From contig JBMYOQ010000015.1 of the NCBI GenBank assembly GCA_049599475.1, positions 1-64,000 on the forward strand: a DNA stretch of 64,000 nt, given 5' to 3'. Below the pieces are notes generated by a model. It did no database searches, was not told the origin of the DNA, and saw only the letters and a program-made list of their open reading frames with translations. The translations under genes and the position numbers were made by a program. This DNA comes from Opitutales bacterium (GTDB taxonomy: Bacteria; Verrucomicrobiota; Verrucomicrobiia; Opitutales; JABSRG01). Positions 10,361 through 20,476 of the stretch are shown here, in pieces. The number at the start of each line of letters is the position of its first letter. Within the stretch, counting starts at the first letter, position 1.

Positions 10361-11214
10361 GCCTGGGTAGCAATCGCGTCTGCGAACCGATTTCGAATTG
10401 TTTGAGGGTGCTCCATATCGAATGCTATGGGGTCTTTGAACTTTTCGGCCTTTGGCGGTCGTCTGTCTCCGAGTGAGTAGCCTGCTTTTTCGCGGGCTTG
10501 GTCGACCCTGAATTTGTAGTGGCAGTAGTATCCTCCGTCTATCGTGGTAACCTTGCGCCTATAAAGTTTCAGAGATGCTGCACTTTCGAGCATTAGATGA
10601 CGTGTCGGATAGATGGCGGTATTGGGATAGATTTTGTGGGGCATGTTATTCCAATCTCGCTTCTCGAATCCGGTAACGCAGGTGCTGAAGTCCTGCTCAA
10701 AGGTGTATTCTTTCGCTGTGATGAGGCCTGCATCTGTATTTGATTGGCAATGATCGAAGGTCTCGATGCAGGTATCTGAGTAAAACTGATCTGCGTCATA
10801 GGTCATGAACCAGCGTCCGTTTTCCCACTTATCAGACATTTGAATCATTTTACCAAAGGTCACAGCTTGATTTATGCGATAGAGGCTTTTGCTGAGTCCC
10901 TGTCTGAGCCCCTTTGCGATTCTTGAAGGATAGGCTGTGAAGCCTTTCCGAGAGATTGAGCTTAGAAGTGCTCCGGGGGCTTGGGATCGCGTGAGGCGCG
11001 TTGCAGATGTCATACGCGCGCTGGGGCCTCGCCGCTCAACCCAATCTTGAATGATTTCGCGAGTGCCATCGGTCGACCTGTTTTCTTTTCGATCATCGAA
11101 GCAGCCGTCGCAAATAATGACCTCTATAGGATCTATGGCTTCGATTTGCTCCAGGGATGCTTCGATCCATTGGCGCTCGTTCCAATAGGTTGCGAAGAGG
11201 ATCAGGTTACGCAT
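10357..11214 (-). CDS. Glycosyltransferase family 2-like protein
   Basis: ATYWNE..IEASL, VIICDG...STDGT, YDAD (DxD) motif. Confidence 0.7.
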   Translation of the reverse strand: MRNLILFATYWNERQWIEASLEQIEAIDPIEVIICDGCFDDRKENRSTDGTREIIQDWVERRGPSARMTSATRLTRSQAPGALLSSISRKGFTAYPSRIAKGLRQGLSKSLYRINQAVTFGKMIQMSDKWENGRWFMTYDADQFYSDTCIETFDHCQSNTDAGLITAKEYTFEQDFSTCVTGFEKRDWNNMPHKIYPNTAIYPTRHLMLESAASLKLYRRKVTTIDGGYYCHYKFRVDQAREKAGYSLGDRRPPKAEKFKDPIAFDMEHPQTIRNRFADAIATQA

Positions 11215-11274
11215 AGAATCTTGATGTTTGGCAGATCACGGGATCACTATGTTTAAGGTCTAATCGTCCTGTCT

Positions 11275-12090
11275 ATGCTTATTTCTGTAATCATCAGTAC
11301 CTACAATAATCCGGCTTGGTTGGAAAAAGTTCTATGGGGCTATGCCCATCAGGAAGATCGCAATTTTGAAATCGTGATTGCCGATGATGGGTCGGGCGAG
11401 GAAACGCGTATGTTGATTCAGCGTTTCGAGAACGACAGCAGTTTTCCTGAGATGCAGCACGTTTGGCATGAGGATCGAGGCTTTCGGAAGAGTGTCATTC
11501 TCAACAAAGCAACGGTTGCTGCTCGGGGGGAATATTTAATTTTTACCGACGGGGACTGCATTCCTCGGTCGGATTTTATTGGCCTTCATCGAAAGTGTGC
11601 GCGGCCGGGCCACTATCTTTCGGGCGGATATTTTAAGCTTCCCATGAAATCTTCTCAGAGCATCGATTTGGATGCGATTGCATCGGGGCAAGCCTTTCAC
11701 ATGAGGGGATTGTGGGGGAGAGGGGTGCCTCGGACGCCCAAGAGTTTGCGGATTGGCGCAAGTCAGTTCGTAAGAAAATATCTCGATATCCTGGTGCCTA
11801 CTAAGGCCACGTGGAATGGAAACAACAGTTCTGCCTATAAAGAAGCTATCTTAAAGGTGAATGGCCATGATGAGCGGATGGCTTATGGTGGGCAGGATGT
11901 CGAGATGGGCTATCGCCTATTGCATTCTGGGCTCAAGCCTCTGCGGGTTCGATACCGGGCCTTGGTGCTTCATTTGGATCACGGCCGAGGGTATGCGAGT
12001 GAGGAGTCGATTGCGAAGAACGCTCAAATTCGCGAAGATACTCTGAAACTCCGCTCTTCGTGGACCGATTACGGGATTGTCCAAAGGTAA
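11275..12090 (+). CDS. Glycosyltransferase family 2
   Basis: ISVIISTYN, IADDGS, FTDGDC, NGHDE..YGGQD. Confidence 0.92.
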   Translation: MLISVIISTYNNPAWLEKVLWGYAHQEDRNFEIVIADDGSGEETRMLIQRFENDSSFPEMQHVWHEDRGFRKSVILNKATVAARGEYLIFTDGDCIPRSDFIGLHRKCARPGHYLSGGYFKLPMKSSQSIDLDAIASGQAFHMRGLWGRGVPRTPKSLRIGASQFVRKYLDILVPTKATWNGNNSSAYKEAILKVNGHDERMAYGGQDVEMGYRLLHSGLKPLRVRYRALVLHLDHGRGYASEESIAKNAQIREDTLKLRSSWTDYGIVQR

Positions 12091-12142
12091 AAAGCCTGTT
12101 TATCTAGATCCTGCCCCTTCGTAAGCCTTCCTTTACCCCAAT

Positions 12143-12799
12143 ATGATTAGAATATCTGTCTTATCTACCATTTGCCTGATTTCTGTGATCCCCGGCCTAG
12201 CGCGAATCGGGGACAATGAGCAAAGCCTAGAGCGCCGCCTGACAGCTGACCGCCTTGCGGTTGAAATACGTGGAGATTCTGCACAGCGCATGGTTGAGCG
12301 TGGGCCTTTGAGGCGTTTTTTGGATCTCACCGAAGAACTCGAGGATGCCTTTGAGTACCGCGTATATTTCAAGAGTGCGAACGGTGAACGGCTTTCCACG
12401 ACCGATGCCAAGGGCGCGCGGTTGGAAGACGGCTGGACTTACACCGGTATGTTTCTGAAGGGTGTGGTAGTCGCTGAGACCTATGAGCGTAAGAAAGCTG
12501 AGGGAGATTCTCGCATTAACCCTCATGAGAAAAAAGGTCTTCTAATTATCAATCAGCATTCCTTTGCCTGGGATGAACTTGATAATATGACGCTTCCGTC
12601 GGGCGAGGAAGTGGAAGGCATGACCCAATACGATTATTTGCGCAACGACGGTAAGGTCTTCGCTAAATTTGAGCGCAATCACGCGATTTTTATGCGCAAA
12701 GAGCTGGATGAGAAGCTGCGCGAGCAACGCTCTATAAAGAACGCAGAGATTGATGAGGAGCATCGTGGGGCCTTGGAGCTCAGTATCGCGGGATTCTGA
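12143..12799 (+). CDS. Hypothetical exported protein
   Basis: 218-aa ORF with signal peptide-like N-terminus followed by RIGDN. Confidence 0.7.
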   Translation: MIRISVLSTICLISVIPGLARIGDNEQSLERRLTADRLAVEIRGDSAQRMVERGPLRRFLDLTEELEDAFEYRVYFKSANGERLSTTDAKGARLEDGWTYTGMFLKGVVVAETYERKKAEGDSRINPHEKKGLLIINQHSFAWDELDNMTLPSGEEVEGMTQYDYLRNDGKVFAKFERNHAIFMRKELDEKLREQRSIKNAEIDEEHRGALELSIAGF

Positions 12800-12823
12800 G
12801 CTCACAAGTATTCCCCAAAATAT

Positions 12824-14911
12824 CTACCAGAGGTAGGAGGCTGTTAGCCCAATTTGGCGCGGGTCTGCTGCGGACTCATAGCGCGTCGGCGCGTATCCGA
12901 GTGCTTCGTCATTACCGAAGAAGAAGACGCGGTTGTCGTATTCCTCATCGAGGAGGTTGCGTGCCCAGAGCGTAATTTTCCACGAATCCCAAGCGTAGCC
13001 GACACTGGCATTCACAACATTGAAGGCGCTGCGCTCGGCGTCATGGCTGTTGGACTCGAAGTAGCTGTCGCGCCCGACCAATTCTGCGTAGCCGAAGATG
13101 CCGGATTCGGCCTTGTATCGAGCTCCTATTGTGTAGCTATACTCAGGGGTGTAGGCTAGCTCGCGGCCGCCTGCGGGGGTGCCGTTGGTCAGGGTAAATG
13201 GATCAATGTCTGAGTCCATGAGCCCCAAGTTTCCGTATACAGTGACAGTTTCTGTGACTTGGTATTGGCCGCTTGCTTCGAGACCGTAAATCTCTGCGTC
13301 GTCGCCGTTGTCTGTGAAGAATCGGAAACTGCCTCCAAAGCCTGCTGCGTCACGCACTTGAGTGTTTGAGCGGTCCATGTAAAAGGCTGTGATCTCGCCG
13401 GACAGGCGGCCACTCGAGCTGATGCCGCGGTAGCCGATCTCGTAGTTCCACAAGGTCTCGGTCTCGTAAAGGAGCGGGTCTGTCGCCTCGAGGAAGGGGT
13501 AGATATTTGCACCGCCTGCTTTATAGCCTCGAGTCGCTGATGCGAAGATCATTTGTCCTGGGGCGATGTCTCGCTCGTATGTGAGCTTTCCGCCCCATAA
13601 GGTGTCGTCAAAATCGGTATCTTCGGCCCGGAATTCGGAGCTGGTTTCGAGATCGAATTGTTCCGCGCGCAGTCCTAGAATTAGGCGTGACTTCGGTGAT
13701 AGATAGTGGGCGACTTGGCCAAAAATTGCCAGGGTTTGCGATTCATACACCGTGTCGAAATCGCCTGCAGGTGTGAAGAAGTCGCGGTAGAAGCCCGTGG
13801 AATCTTCATCTAGATTTTGGAAGTAGGCTCCGATGGTCCAGCGGTCGATCCATCCGAGGGCTTCTGTTTCTTCGGTAGAGTCTAGGCGAAGCTCTTGATT
13901 GAAAACCGAACGCTCGCGGTCTAGTTGACTGAAGCCTCCATAGGATGCTGCGGTCCAGTCGGCGTCGTAGCTATTTATTGAATCGGTGCTAGTCCCACTG
14001 GTGATTGTCGTTAAGGCCATGGAATCGAAGCCCGTGTAAATCCCCTTTAGGGAAGCTCCAACGGTTTGTTGAAAATCTTGGCCAGGCTCATCGCTGAAGG
14101 TTGTGAAGCCGTTGTTATCCAGGACGAAGGTGTCATACCCGTTGTCAGCTTCACCGAAGAATCCGGTGATATCCCATTGCATGGAGTCTGATGCTTTCCA
14201 GCGGAGTTTCGTACGAACGAATTGCTCGTCTCGGCCGTTGGTGTCGTCGCGATCGAGAGTCGCATTGTCGCGGAAGCCGTTGCTCTCCGAGATCTGCGCG
14301 GATACGCGCACGGTGAGGGTCTCTGGGTCCTCAGACGAAATCGGACCGCCGATGGCTGTGGCGATCGTGTAAAGATCATCTTCGCCGATAGTTGCGGATA
14401 GATTTCCAGTCCAGGTGCTTGTGGGGTCTTCGCTCACAACGCGGATGAGGCCACCTGCGGCGTTGGCTCCGAATGCGCCTGCCTGTGGGCCGCGCAGTAC
14501 TTCTACTTGCTTTACATCGAGAAGCGATGCGACTGTGCCGAGCCCCGTCACATCGATATCATCCATCAGGAAACGGACGCTGGAGTCGGGTGTCTCGCCT
14601 TCAAATTGGGAGTTTTCGCCGATACCGCGTATTTGGATATAGCGCGGGCGCGAGGTCCCGGCTGTCCATGTCACATTCGGTAGGCTTTCGATAAGATCAT
14701 CGAAATGATCGGCTTCGCTTACGAAAAGCTGCTCCGAGTCGACCAGGGTGACACTGGCGGAGTTTTCCGAAATGGGGGTCTTCCAAAGGTCAGCAGTGAC
14801 CTCGAATTTTTCCAATTCGTAGATGGTTCCAGCGGGTTCGACCGCGAAGCCGAATGTGCACGCTAGAAGGGCGGACCCGCTCAAGATGGCGGCTTGTTTC
14901 TGTATTTTCAT
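12824..14911 (-). CDS. TonB-dependent receptor, probably thiamine-related uptake
   Basis: Signal peptide, plug (IQIRGIG, VEVLRGPQ), NLLDEEY and C-terminal aromatic residue; TPP riboswitch upstream. Confidence 0.9.
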   Translation of the reverse strand: MKIQKQAAILSGSALLACTFGFAVEPAGTIYELEKFEVTADLWKTPISENSASVTLVDSEQLFVSEADHFDDLIESLPNVTWTAGTSRPRYIQIRGIGENSQFEGETPDSSVRFLMDDIDVTGLGTVASLLDVKQVEVLRGPQAGAFGANAAGGLIRVVSEDPTSTWTGNLSATIGEDDLYTIATAIGGPISSEDPETLTVRVSAQISESNGFRDNATLDRDDTNGRDEQFVRTKLRWKASDSMQWDITGFFGEADNGYDTFVLDNNGFTTFSDEPGQDFQQTVGASLKGIYTGFDSMALTTITSGTSTDSINSYDADWTAASYGGFSQLDRERSVFNQELRLDSTEETEALGWIDRWTIGAYFQNLDEDSTGFYRDFFTPAGDFDTVYESQTLAIFGQVAHYLSPKSRLILGLRAEQFDLETSSEFRAEDTDFDDTLWGGKLTYERDIAPGQMIFASATRGYKAGGANIYPFLEATDPLLYETETLWNYEIGYRGISSSGRLSGEITAFYMDRSNTQVRDAAGFGGSFRFFTDNGDDAEIYGLEASGQYQVTETVTVYGNLGLMDSDIDPFTLTNGTPAGGRELAYTPEYSYTIGARYKAESGIFGYAELVGRDSYFESNSHDAERSAFNVVNASVGYAWDSWKITLWARNLLDEEYDNRVFFFGNDEALGYAPTRYESAADPRQIGLTASYLW

Positions 14912-14913
14912 TA

Positions 14914-14951
14914 GGATCTCAATGGTGCAATTGCACTTGGGTTTGAGATCC
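14914..14951 (-). promoter_or_regulatory. Hairpin abutting the start codon (riboswitch expression platform)
   Basis: GGATCTCAA...TTGAGATCC inverted repeat ends 2 nt before the receptor ATG. Confidence 0.6.
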
Positions 14952-14985
14952 GGGATGCGGCGTCTGAATTAAGGAATATCTGTCT

Positions 14986-15088
14986 CCTTTCCCTCCGCCG
15001 GTATCAACCGGATCAGGTTCTAAGGGACCGCTACTGCTACGCCGAAGCGCAGGGGAAGCATCTCAGACCCATGCCAGGTCGCCCCTAA
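14986..15088 (-). promoter_or_regulatory. TPP riboswitch
   Basis: Minus strand AGGGG...CTGAGA...CCCTTAGAACCTGATCCGGTTGATACCGGCGGAGGGAA matches the THI-box consensus. Confidence 0.95.
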
Positions 15089-15191
15089 GGAAGGCGCTTA
15101 AAAGGAGAAATTTTGATGGGACTGTCAATTTTGAAATTCTAGGGTGCACAGGGTGATGGAGTCGCACTCAAAAGCGCGCCGAGTATTTTTA

Positions 15192-16100
15192 CTAAATCAG
15201 GATCTCAGCACTCAATCGGATGGTTTGTGCATGAATCGCGGATGTCAGCCCTGGTTGTCGATTGTAGCCTCCGCCGTAGAGAACGACTGCGCGGGCTTGA
15301 TACGAGTGGACCAGCTTTAGAACGTGTCGATCGCGTTTTGCAATATCATCAAAGGAGAGCTGAAGCTGCCCGAAGCGGTCGTCTTTGTGGACATCGGCTC
15401 CGGAGATCCAGAATACAAAATCGGGCTCTGATTGGGCGAAGGCGCTTTCAAGAGTCGAATCCAAGGCGTCGAAATAAGTGTCCGCATTGGCGTATCGAGG
15501 TAGAGGCACATCGCAATCTCCGGGCTCTTTTTTTGCCGGAAAGTTCTTCCCGACATGAATTGAATAGGTGAAAACGGACGGGTCGTTTTGGAAGATTGAA
15601 TGAGTGCCGTTTCCCTGATGAGCATCGGTGTCGACAACGAGAAACTGCATTTCTGGGTTATCCTGTTGCAGGATTTTTATAGCTATGGCCACGTCGTTAA
15701 ACACGCAGAAGCCATGGCCTCTTTCAGGAAATGCGTGGTGCGTGCCGCCCGCTAAGTTGCAAGCGTATTGGTGAGAGAGGGCGTGACGAGCCGCTGCGAG
15801 AGTTCCAGAGGCGCCAAAGCCGGATCGGCGGTAGAGGTTAGGGTGTTGTGGCAGCCCAATGCGGTTTACCTCATACTGGCTCAGGGTCCCGTGTTTAATC
15901 GCGTCCAGATAGGCGGGGGTGTGTATCGTTTCAAGCTCTTCCCTGGTAATGACTGGAGTCTCCTGGAAATTTAATTGGTGAACCTGTGGCTCTTTGCCTT
16001 TCAGCAATGCCACCGCCTCTGGAAACTTATGCATTGGGAAGGGATGTCCTTTGGGCAGTGGTAAATAGAGGCCTGGATGATAAAAGCAGGTCAGCGGCAT
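15192..16100 (-). CDS. Histone deacetylase family protein
   Basis: HPFPMHKF, GGTHHA, GFCVFND, DTDAHQGNG, GGGY. Confidence 0.93.
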   Translation of the reverse strand: MPLTCFYHPGLYLPLPKGHPFPMHKFPEAVALLKGKEPQVHQLNFQETPVITREELETIHTPAYLDAIKHGTLSQYEVNRIGLPQHPNLYRRSGFGASGTLAAARHALSHQYACNLAGGTHHAFPERGHGFCVFNDVAIAIKILQQDNPEMQFLVVDTDAHQGNGTHSIFQNDPSVFTYSIHVGKNFPAKKEPGDCDVPLPRYANADTYFDALDSTLESAFAQSEPDFVFWISGADVHKDDRFGQLQLSFDDIAKRDRHVLKLVHSYQARAVVLYGGGYNRQPGLTSAIHAQTIRLSAEILI

Positions 16101-16175
16101 GAAAGTGTTCTAATATTCCGTGAATTTGAGTGGCGCTGTTTGCATTCTACGGCAAGGCATCTTGAATTGTCGCCT

Positions 16176-17339
16176 ATGCAATACTTTCGGAGATTTATCT
16201 GTGTGCTCTGCGTATTCAGCGGGCTTTCCGCCTTGGCTCAAGGGTTCGAGGACGGGGCTGTGATCAAATCTCAAGATGCGAATTTCAAGTTGGAGTATGT
16301 GATTTCCGCGGGGTCTCCGCTCAAGCAGCCTTGGTCAATGGCGTTTCTGCCGGACGGCAGTTTCCTTGTGGCTGATAAAGTAGGGGATTTGTATCTATAT
16401 GAGTCAGGTGCGTTAAATGAAGAACCGATCAAAGGTTTGCCCAAAATATTAGTTACAGGTCAAGGAGGGCTCCTGGATCTGGAGCTACACCCGCAGTTTG
16501 AGCAAAATGGATGGATTTATATCTCATTCTCCAAGGAAGGCAGGCTGAGTAAGCGAGGAGGGATGACTGCCTTGGTGCGGGCGAAGCTCGACCGAGACCA
16601 GATGCGTCTGACTGAGCTCGAGACTATTTATGAGATCAAGGATCCAGACCATTTTTCGCGCGGTGGGCGCCATTGGGGCACGCGCACTGTTTTCGACGAA
16701 GAGGGCTATCTATACATCGCGATCGGGGATCGTGGCCAACAGGATAAGGCTCAGGATCTAGGGTTGCCGCACGGGAGTATTTTTCGCCTGAACGACGATG
16801 GCAGCATTCCACAGGATAACCCCTTCGTTGGGCAGTCGGGTGTCTATGAAGGCATTTGGAGTTATGGTCATCGCAATCCTCAGGGTATGGCGTTTCATCC
16901 AGAAACTGGTGAGTTGTTTAGCATCGAGCACGGCCCAAAAGGTGGAGATGAGCTAAATTGGGTGCGCAAAGGTCGGAATTATGGATGGCCCGAAATCACC
17001 TATGGCGTGAACTACAGTGGTACGAAGATCACCGATAGAACGGAAGCGCCTGGAATGGAGCAGCCTGTTAAATACTGGGTGCCGTCTCCTGCGCCGTGCG
17101 GGATGGCTATATATTCTGGCGATACCATTCCCGCTTGGAAGAACAACTTTTTTATAGCAAACCTGCGCCACGAGAAATTGATCCGACTTGCGATCGATGA
17201 GGACCTTAAGGTCGTCCAAGAAGAGGATTTGCTCGAAGGAATTGGACGCCTGCGCGATGTTGAGACGGGACCCGAGGGCAATCTCTGGGTGCTGGCCGAG
17301 CGACCCGGGCGTATCATCAAAATTGTGCCCGCCGAGTAG
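16176..17339 (+). CDS. PQQ-dependent sugar dehydrogenase (GSDH/YliI family)
   Basis: PWSMAFLPDG, GQGGLLD, GHRNPQG, EHGPKGGDELN, NYGWP. Confidence 0.92.
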   Translation: MQYFRRFICVLCVFSGLSALAQGFEDGAVIKSQDANFKLEYVISAGSPLKQPWSMAFLPDGSFLVADKVGDLYLYESGALNEEPIKGLPKILVTGQGGLLDLELHPQFEQNGWIYISFSKEGRLSKRGGMTALVRAKLDRDQMRLTELETIYEIKDPDHFSRGGRHWGTRTVFDEEGYLYIAIGDRGQQDKAQDLGLPHGSIFRLNDDGSIPQDNPFVGQSGVYEGIWSYGHRNPQGMAFHPETGELFSIEHGPKGGDELNWVRKGRNYGWPEITYGVNYSGTKITDRTEAPGMEQPVKYWVPSPAPCGMAIYSGDTIPAWKNNFFIANLRHEKLIRLAIDEDLKVVQEEDLLEGIGRLRDVETGPEGNLWVLAERPGRIIKIVPAE

Positions 17340-17348
17340 TGCTGGTTG

Positions 17349-19325
17349 TTAGGCTCGGTAAGCCTCTAGGGAAACCCCATTCAGGGGGAATAGTGGGCGC
17401 TTGAGGCGCTGTGTGCTCACCTTCTCGAAATACATTGAGATGATAAAATCTTCGCTGATGAACTTGATGAACTCCTGCCGATCCATTGCGTAGCAGCTGC
17501 TATCTTCTGTAGCGACAACGTCTGCCATCGCGGCGGAGTTTTGAAGGAGGCTGATCTCGCCGACGAATTCGCCGGGTTCGATTTTGCCTACTTGTTTTTT
17601 GTTCACGCGGACATCGAAGTGGCCCTCATAAACGATGAAGAAGAAGCGGTTGTCGTGACCACGTTTCAACATGCAAGTATTGCGCGGATGTTCGACGATA
17701 TCCATATTGTCTGCGAAATCTCTAAGCGCTTCCTGCGGCCAGTCTTCGGTAAATGGAAGACGCCGTAAAAAGGCCTGCTTTTGGAGAAGGGCTTCGAATT
17801 GCTTTCTCCCCACTTGGGATACGAGCGTATTATAAAATACATCGCGCTCGATCTGGATGAGAGTGGTCTTGGACTCCGCTCTCACGGTGCGTGTGCGCTC
17901 GGTATTTTCCAGGAGTGCGATCTCTCCGAAAGCTTCGCCGCTTCCTAGCTCTGCGGAAATCGATTCACGGCCGGAGATGTCTGTGCGGATGATTTCAGTT
18001 TCTCCTTTTAGGATGATATAGAAATCATTACCTCGCTCACCCTCTTCAATGATAGCTGAGCCCGAGGGGTAGGTCACAATTTGGGAGGATTTTGCGAGTT
18101 CTAGCAAAGTCCTATCATCGAGGCTCAGTTGATCGATGATATAGCATTTTTTGAGAAAAGCTGCGATCGCGACGTGGTCTTTGGGATTCACGTGGCTGCC
18201 GTCGATCTTGATGCGGCGTCTGCGTTTAGAAGGTCTATTATAGAGGGCTCTCAGGTTTCGCAGGAGTAGCGAAAGTCCGGAAAAGCCGGATAGGAACATC
18301 GAGACAAAAACAGTGGCGAGCACTAGGATCGATACGATCCGATATTCGTTGTAAGCCCGGCTAAAAAGCTCTGTCGCGTTCAGGTCGAAAACGCGCAAAT
18401 TTACGCAGTATACGATCAAGAGCCAGATTGCCGTGGCTATAGCATTGTTTATTATGAATCGACCGCGTCCGGGGCGTGGTTTAAGCCTGAAAATATTCCA
18501 AAAGACACGGTTCGGATTGAAAAGGAAATCACGATTGGTCGAAAGGGGTTGGCTATCAAAACGAGCCCGCAGGTAGTAGAGCATGGGCGAACCTGCGACC
18601 GGGAGGGTAAGAAGAACGGCTCCGGTGAAGGCAATGTAGCCCAGGGATGGAAAGAAACTCGTTACAATTCCTAAGAAACATAGCTGCGGGGCGATCTCCA
18701 GTAGCGCAATTCGCTGCCGCACGGTGCTGTTCATCAGGCCAGCGTCCGAAAGATCAAAGGCGATGCGGGGTACCAAAGACGCCCAAATGAAATGAGGGCC
18801 ATATATTTCGCCATGAGCCCAGCGCAAATGTGATGCCGCAAGCACTTGCCCCAGAATGGCGCAAAAAATCGTCAGGGCGATCCCTGTCCCAAGCTCCCAG
18901 GTGTGATCGGGAACTTCCAGTCCGAAGTAGAGTGGACAGATGATCGCGGAAAGAATGCCTGCCCAAGCGATACACGTTGTCAGTTGGGGTCCCACTTTCA
19001 GTGGCCACGAAAGTGCGTTTACTTCGCGAGCTTCTTGTTCGGTTCCGGTGTGGAGAATGCCTGCGTCTACAGCCTTTAGAATCAGCTCGTAGTAATTTTT
19101 GAGGGACGGGCATTTGCGTTCGCGGATGAGGTCTGCGAGCACCTCGGAGACTTTTTTAGGCTCCTTGAAACGCTTTAGGATTTGGTGCTGGTCTGGTGTC
19201 AGCCCCAAATAGCGCTGAGATGGGATCTGTTTCACAACTCTGCGATCGTGCTCAGTGACACCGGTTAAAGTGTCTGAGCTGTAGCTCAGAGTTGACCGCC
19301 TCAATATGGTATCGTGATCCAGCAT
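17349..19325 (-). CDS. Membrane protein with two C-terminal cyclic-nucleotide-binding domains
   Basis: FYIILKG...FGEIALL..ERTRTV and FFIVYEG...VGEISLL; several TM helices in the N-terminal half. Confidence 0.85.
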   Translation of the reverse strand: MLDHDTILRRSTLSYSSDTLTGVTEHDRRVVKQIPSQRYLGLTPDQHQILKRFKEPKKVSEVLADLIRERKCPSLKNYYELILKAVDAGILHTGTEQEAREVNALSWPLKVGPQLTTCIAWAGILSAIICPLYFGLEVPDHTWELGTGIALTIFCAILGQVLAASHLRWAHGEIYGPHFIWASLVPRIAFDLSDAGLMNSTVRQRIALLEIAPQLCFLGIVTSFFPSLGYIAFTGAVLLTLPVAGSPMLYYLRARFDSQPLSTNRDFLFNPNRVFWNIFRLKPRPGRGRFIINNAIATAIWLLIVYCVNLRVFDLNATELFSRAYNEYRIVSILVLATVFVSMFLSGFSGLSLLLRNLRALYNRPSKRRRRIKIDGSHVNPKDHVAIAAFLKKCYIIDQLSLDDRTLLELAKSSQIVTYPSGSAIIEEGERGNDFYIILKGETEIIRTDISGRESISAELGSGEAFGEIALLENTERTRTVRAESKTTLIQIERDVFYNTLVSQVGRKQFEALLQKQAFLRRLPFTEDWPQEALRDFADNMDIVEHPRNTCMLKRGHDNRFFFIVYEGHFDVRVNKKQVGKIEPGEFVGEISLLQNSAAMADVVATEDSSCYAMDRQEFIKFISEDFIISMYFEKVSTQRLKRPLFPLNGVSLEAYRA

Positions 19326-19566
19326 TTTTCGAGTAGAACCCTATAAATGTCGCCGGATCGGCGCGCATCTTTTGCACACAGTTATTGAAATTTGAAGGAA
19401 TCTCTCATCTTTTACGGCATCGGGAGTGCAAGCAGCCTTGGCCTGCCGAAGCTAATCTGCGAGTGATGGTATTCCGCTAAATTGCGCGGCCGTTTTAGCT
19501 TCGTTCGCTTAAAGTGTTGACAGCTTACGCCGAAACGTCGATTTTCTGGAGTTTTTCTCAAAAGCC

Positions 19567-19719
19567 ATGGGACCTACATACAGACCTTCAAAGCTGCGCC
19601 GCGCGCGTAAGTTCGGATTTCGTAAACGCAACTCTACATCTGCCGGTAAGAAAGTTCTTAAGAACCGCCGCCAGAAGGGTCGTTGGAAGCTCAGCGCCTC
19701 CGTTAAGGGACGCCACTAG
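19567..19719 (+). CDS. rpmH: 50S ribosomal protein L34 (not in the ORF track)
   Basis: Manual translation [50 protein letters not shown]; precedes rnpA. Confidence 0.95.
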   Translation: MGPTYRPSKLRRARKFGFRKRNSTSAGKKVLKNRRQKGRWKLSASVKGRH

Positions 19720-19750
19720 AACCGCCTGCTGATCCGCGGGACGATGTTTT

Positions 19751-20158
19751 ATGAAATTTCGCGCCCGACAACGCATTCGCAGCGCTAAGGATTTTTCTAG
19801 GATTCGAACCGAAGGTACGCGTAACACCTCCGGTTCTTTTTTTGTACAAGGCACGCTGCTGTCAGACGATCCTGCCCAGAGTGCTGCTGAGCGATCCCGC
19901 CTAGGAGTGATTGCCTCAAAGCGGGTGGGGAATGCCATTGTCCGTGCTCGTGCAAAGCGCTTGATGCGCGAGATATATCGCAAGCATGCGGTGAAGTTTA
20001 CGCGCCCTGTTGATTTAGTGATGGTGGCCAGACCGCATCTTTTAAAGAAGCCGTTTTCAGCTTCTGAGCGTGAGTTTTGTAATGCCTGTCGGCAGTTGGG
20101 GATACTGTCGGTGGAGTCGGTTGACTCTGATCTTACGGTTGAACAGGCAGAGAGATGA
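19751..20158 (+). CDS. rnpA: Ribonuclease P protein component
   Basis: [25 protein letters not shown]; synteny with rpmH-yidD-yidC. Confidence 0.93.
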   Translation: MKFRARQRIRSAKDFSRIRTEGTRNTSGSFFVQGTLLSDDPAQSAAERSRLGVIASKRVGNAIVRARAKRLMREIYRKHAVKFTRPVDLVMVARPHLLKKPFSASEREFCNACRQLGILSVESVDSDLTVEQAER

Positions 20159-20448
20159 GCGCGTTCTTTCGAGGGGTCTGCCTTGTTTTGGTAGGAATTT
20201 ACCGAAAGGTTATTTCGCCCGTATTGCATGCGATTGCGGGGCCTTCTTTCGGCTGTCGTTACCTGCCGACCTGTTCCCAATATGCTGAACAGGCGCTCAA
20301 AACGCACCCGCCTCTGCGTGCTCTAGGATTAATATTGAAGCGGGTCGGGAGTTGTCACCCTTGGGGCGGCTCCGGCTACGACCCAGTTCCGGAGGCGAAA
20401 GAATCCGAAGCAAAAAAGAAGGATCGACCTGCCGCCTCAGATGTATAA
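20155..20448 (+). CDS. yidD: Membrane protein insertion efficiency factor
   Basis: [31 protein letters not shown]. Confidence 0.95.
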   Translation: MSAFFRGVCLVLVGIYRKVISPVLHAIAGPSFGCRYLPTCSQYAEQALKTHPPLRALGLILKRVGSCHPWGGSGYDPVPEAKESEAKKKDRPAASDV

Positions 20449-20476
20449 ACCTTTACGCTTTTTTTAATCACATTTC

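Noticed and set aside
19326..19566. Possible oriC upstream of rpmH-rnpA-yidD-yidC
   Set aside because: No dnaA/dnaN and no clear TTATCCACA box cluster.
19588..20307. Long antisense or shifted ORFs (also 24905-25936, 50022-50735, 57318-58178)
   Set aside because: Shadows of confidently identified genes with no recognisable motifs.
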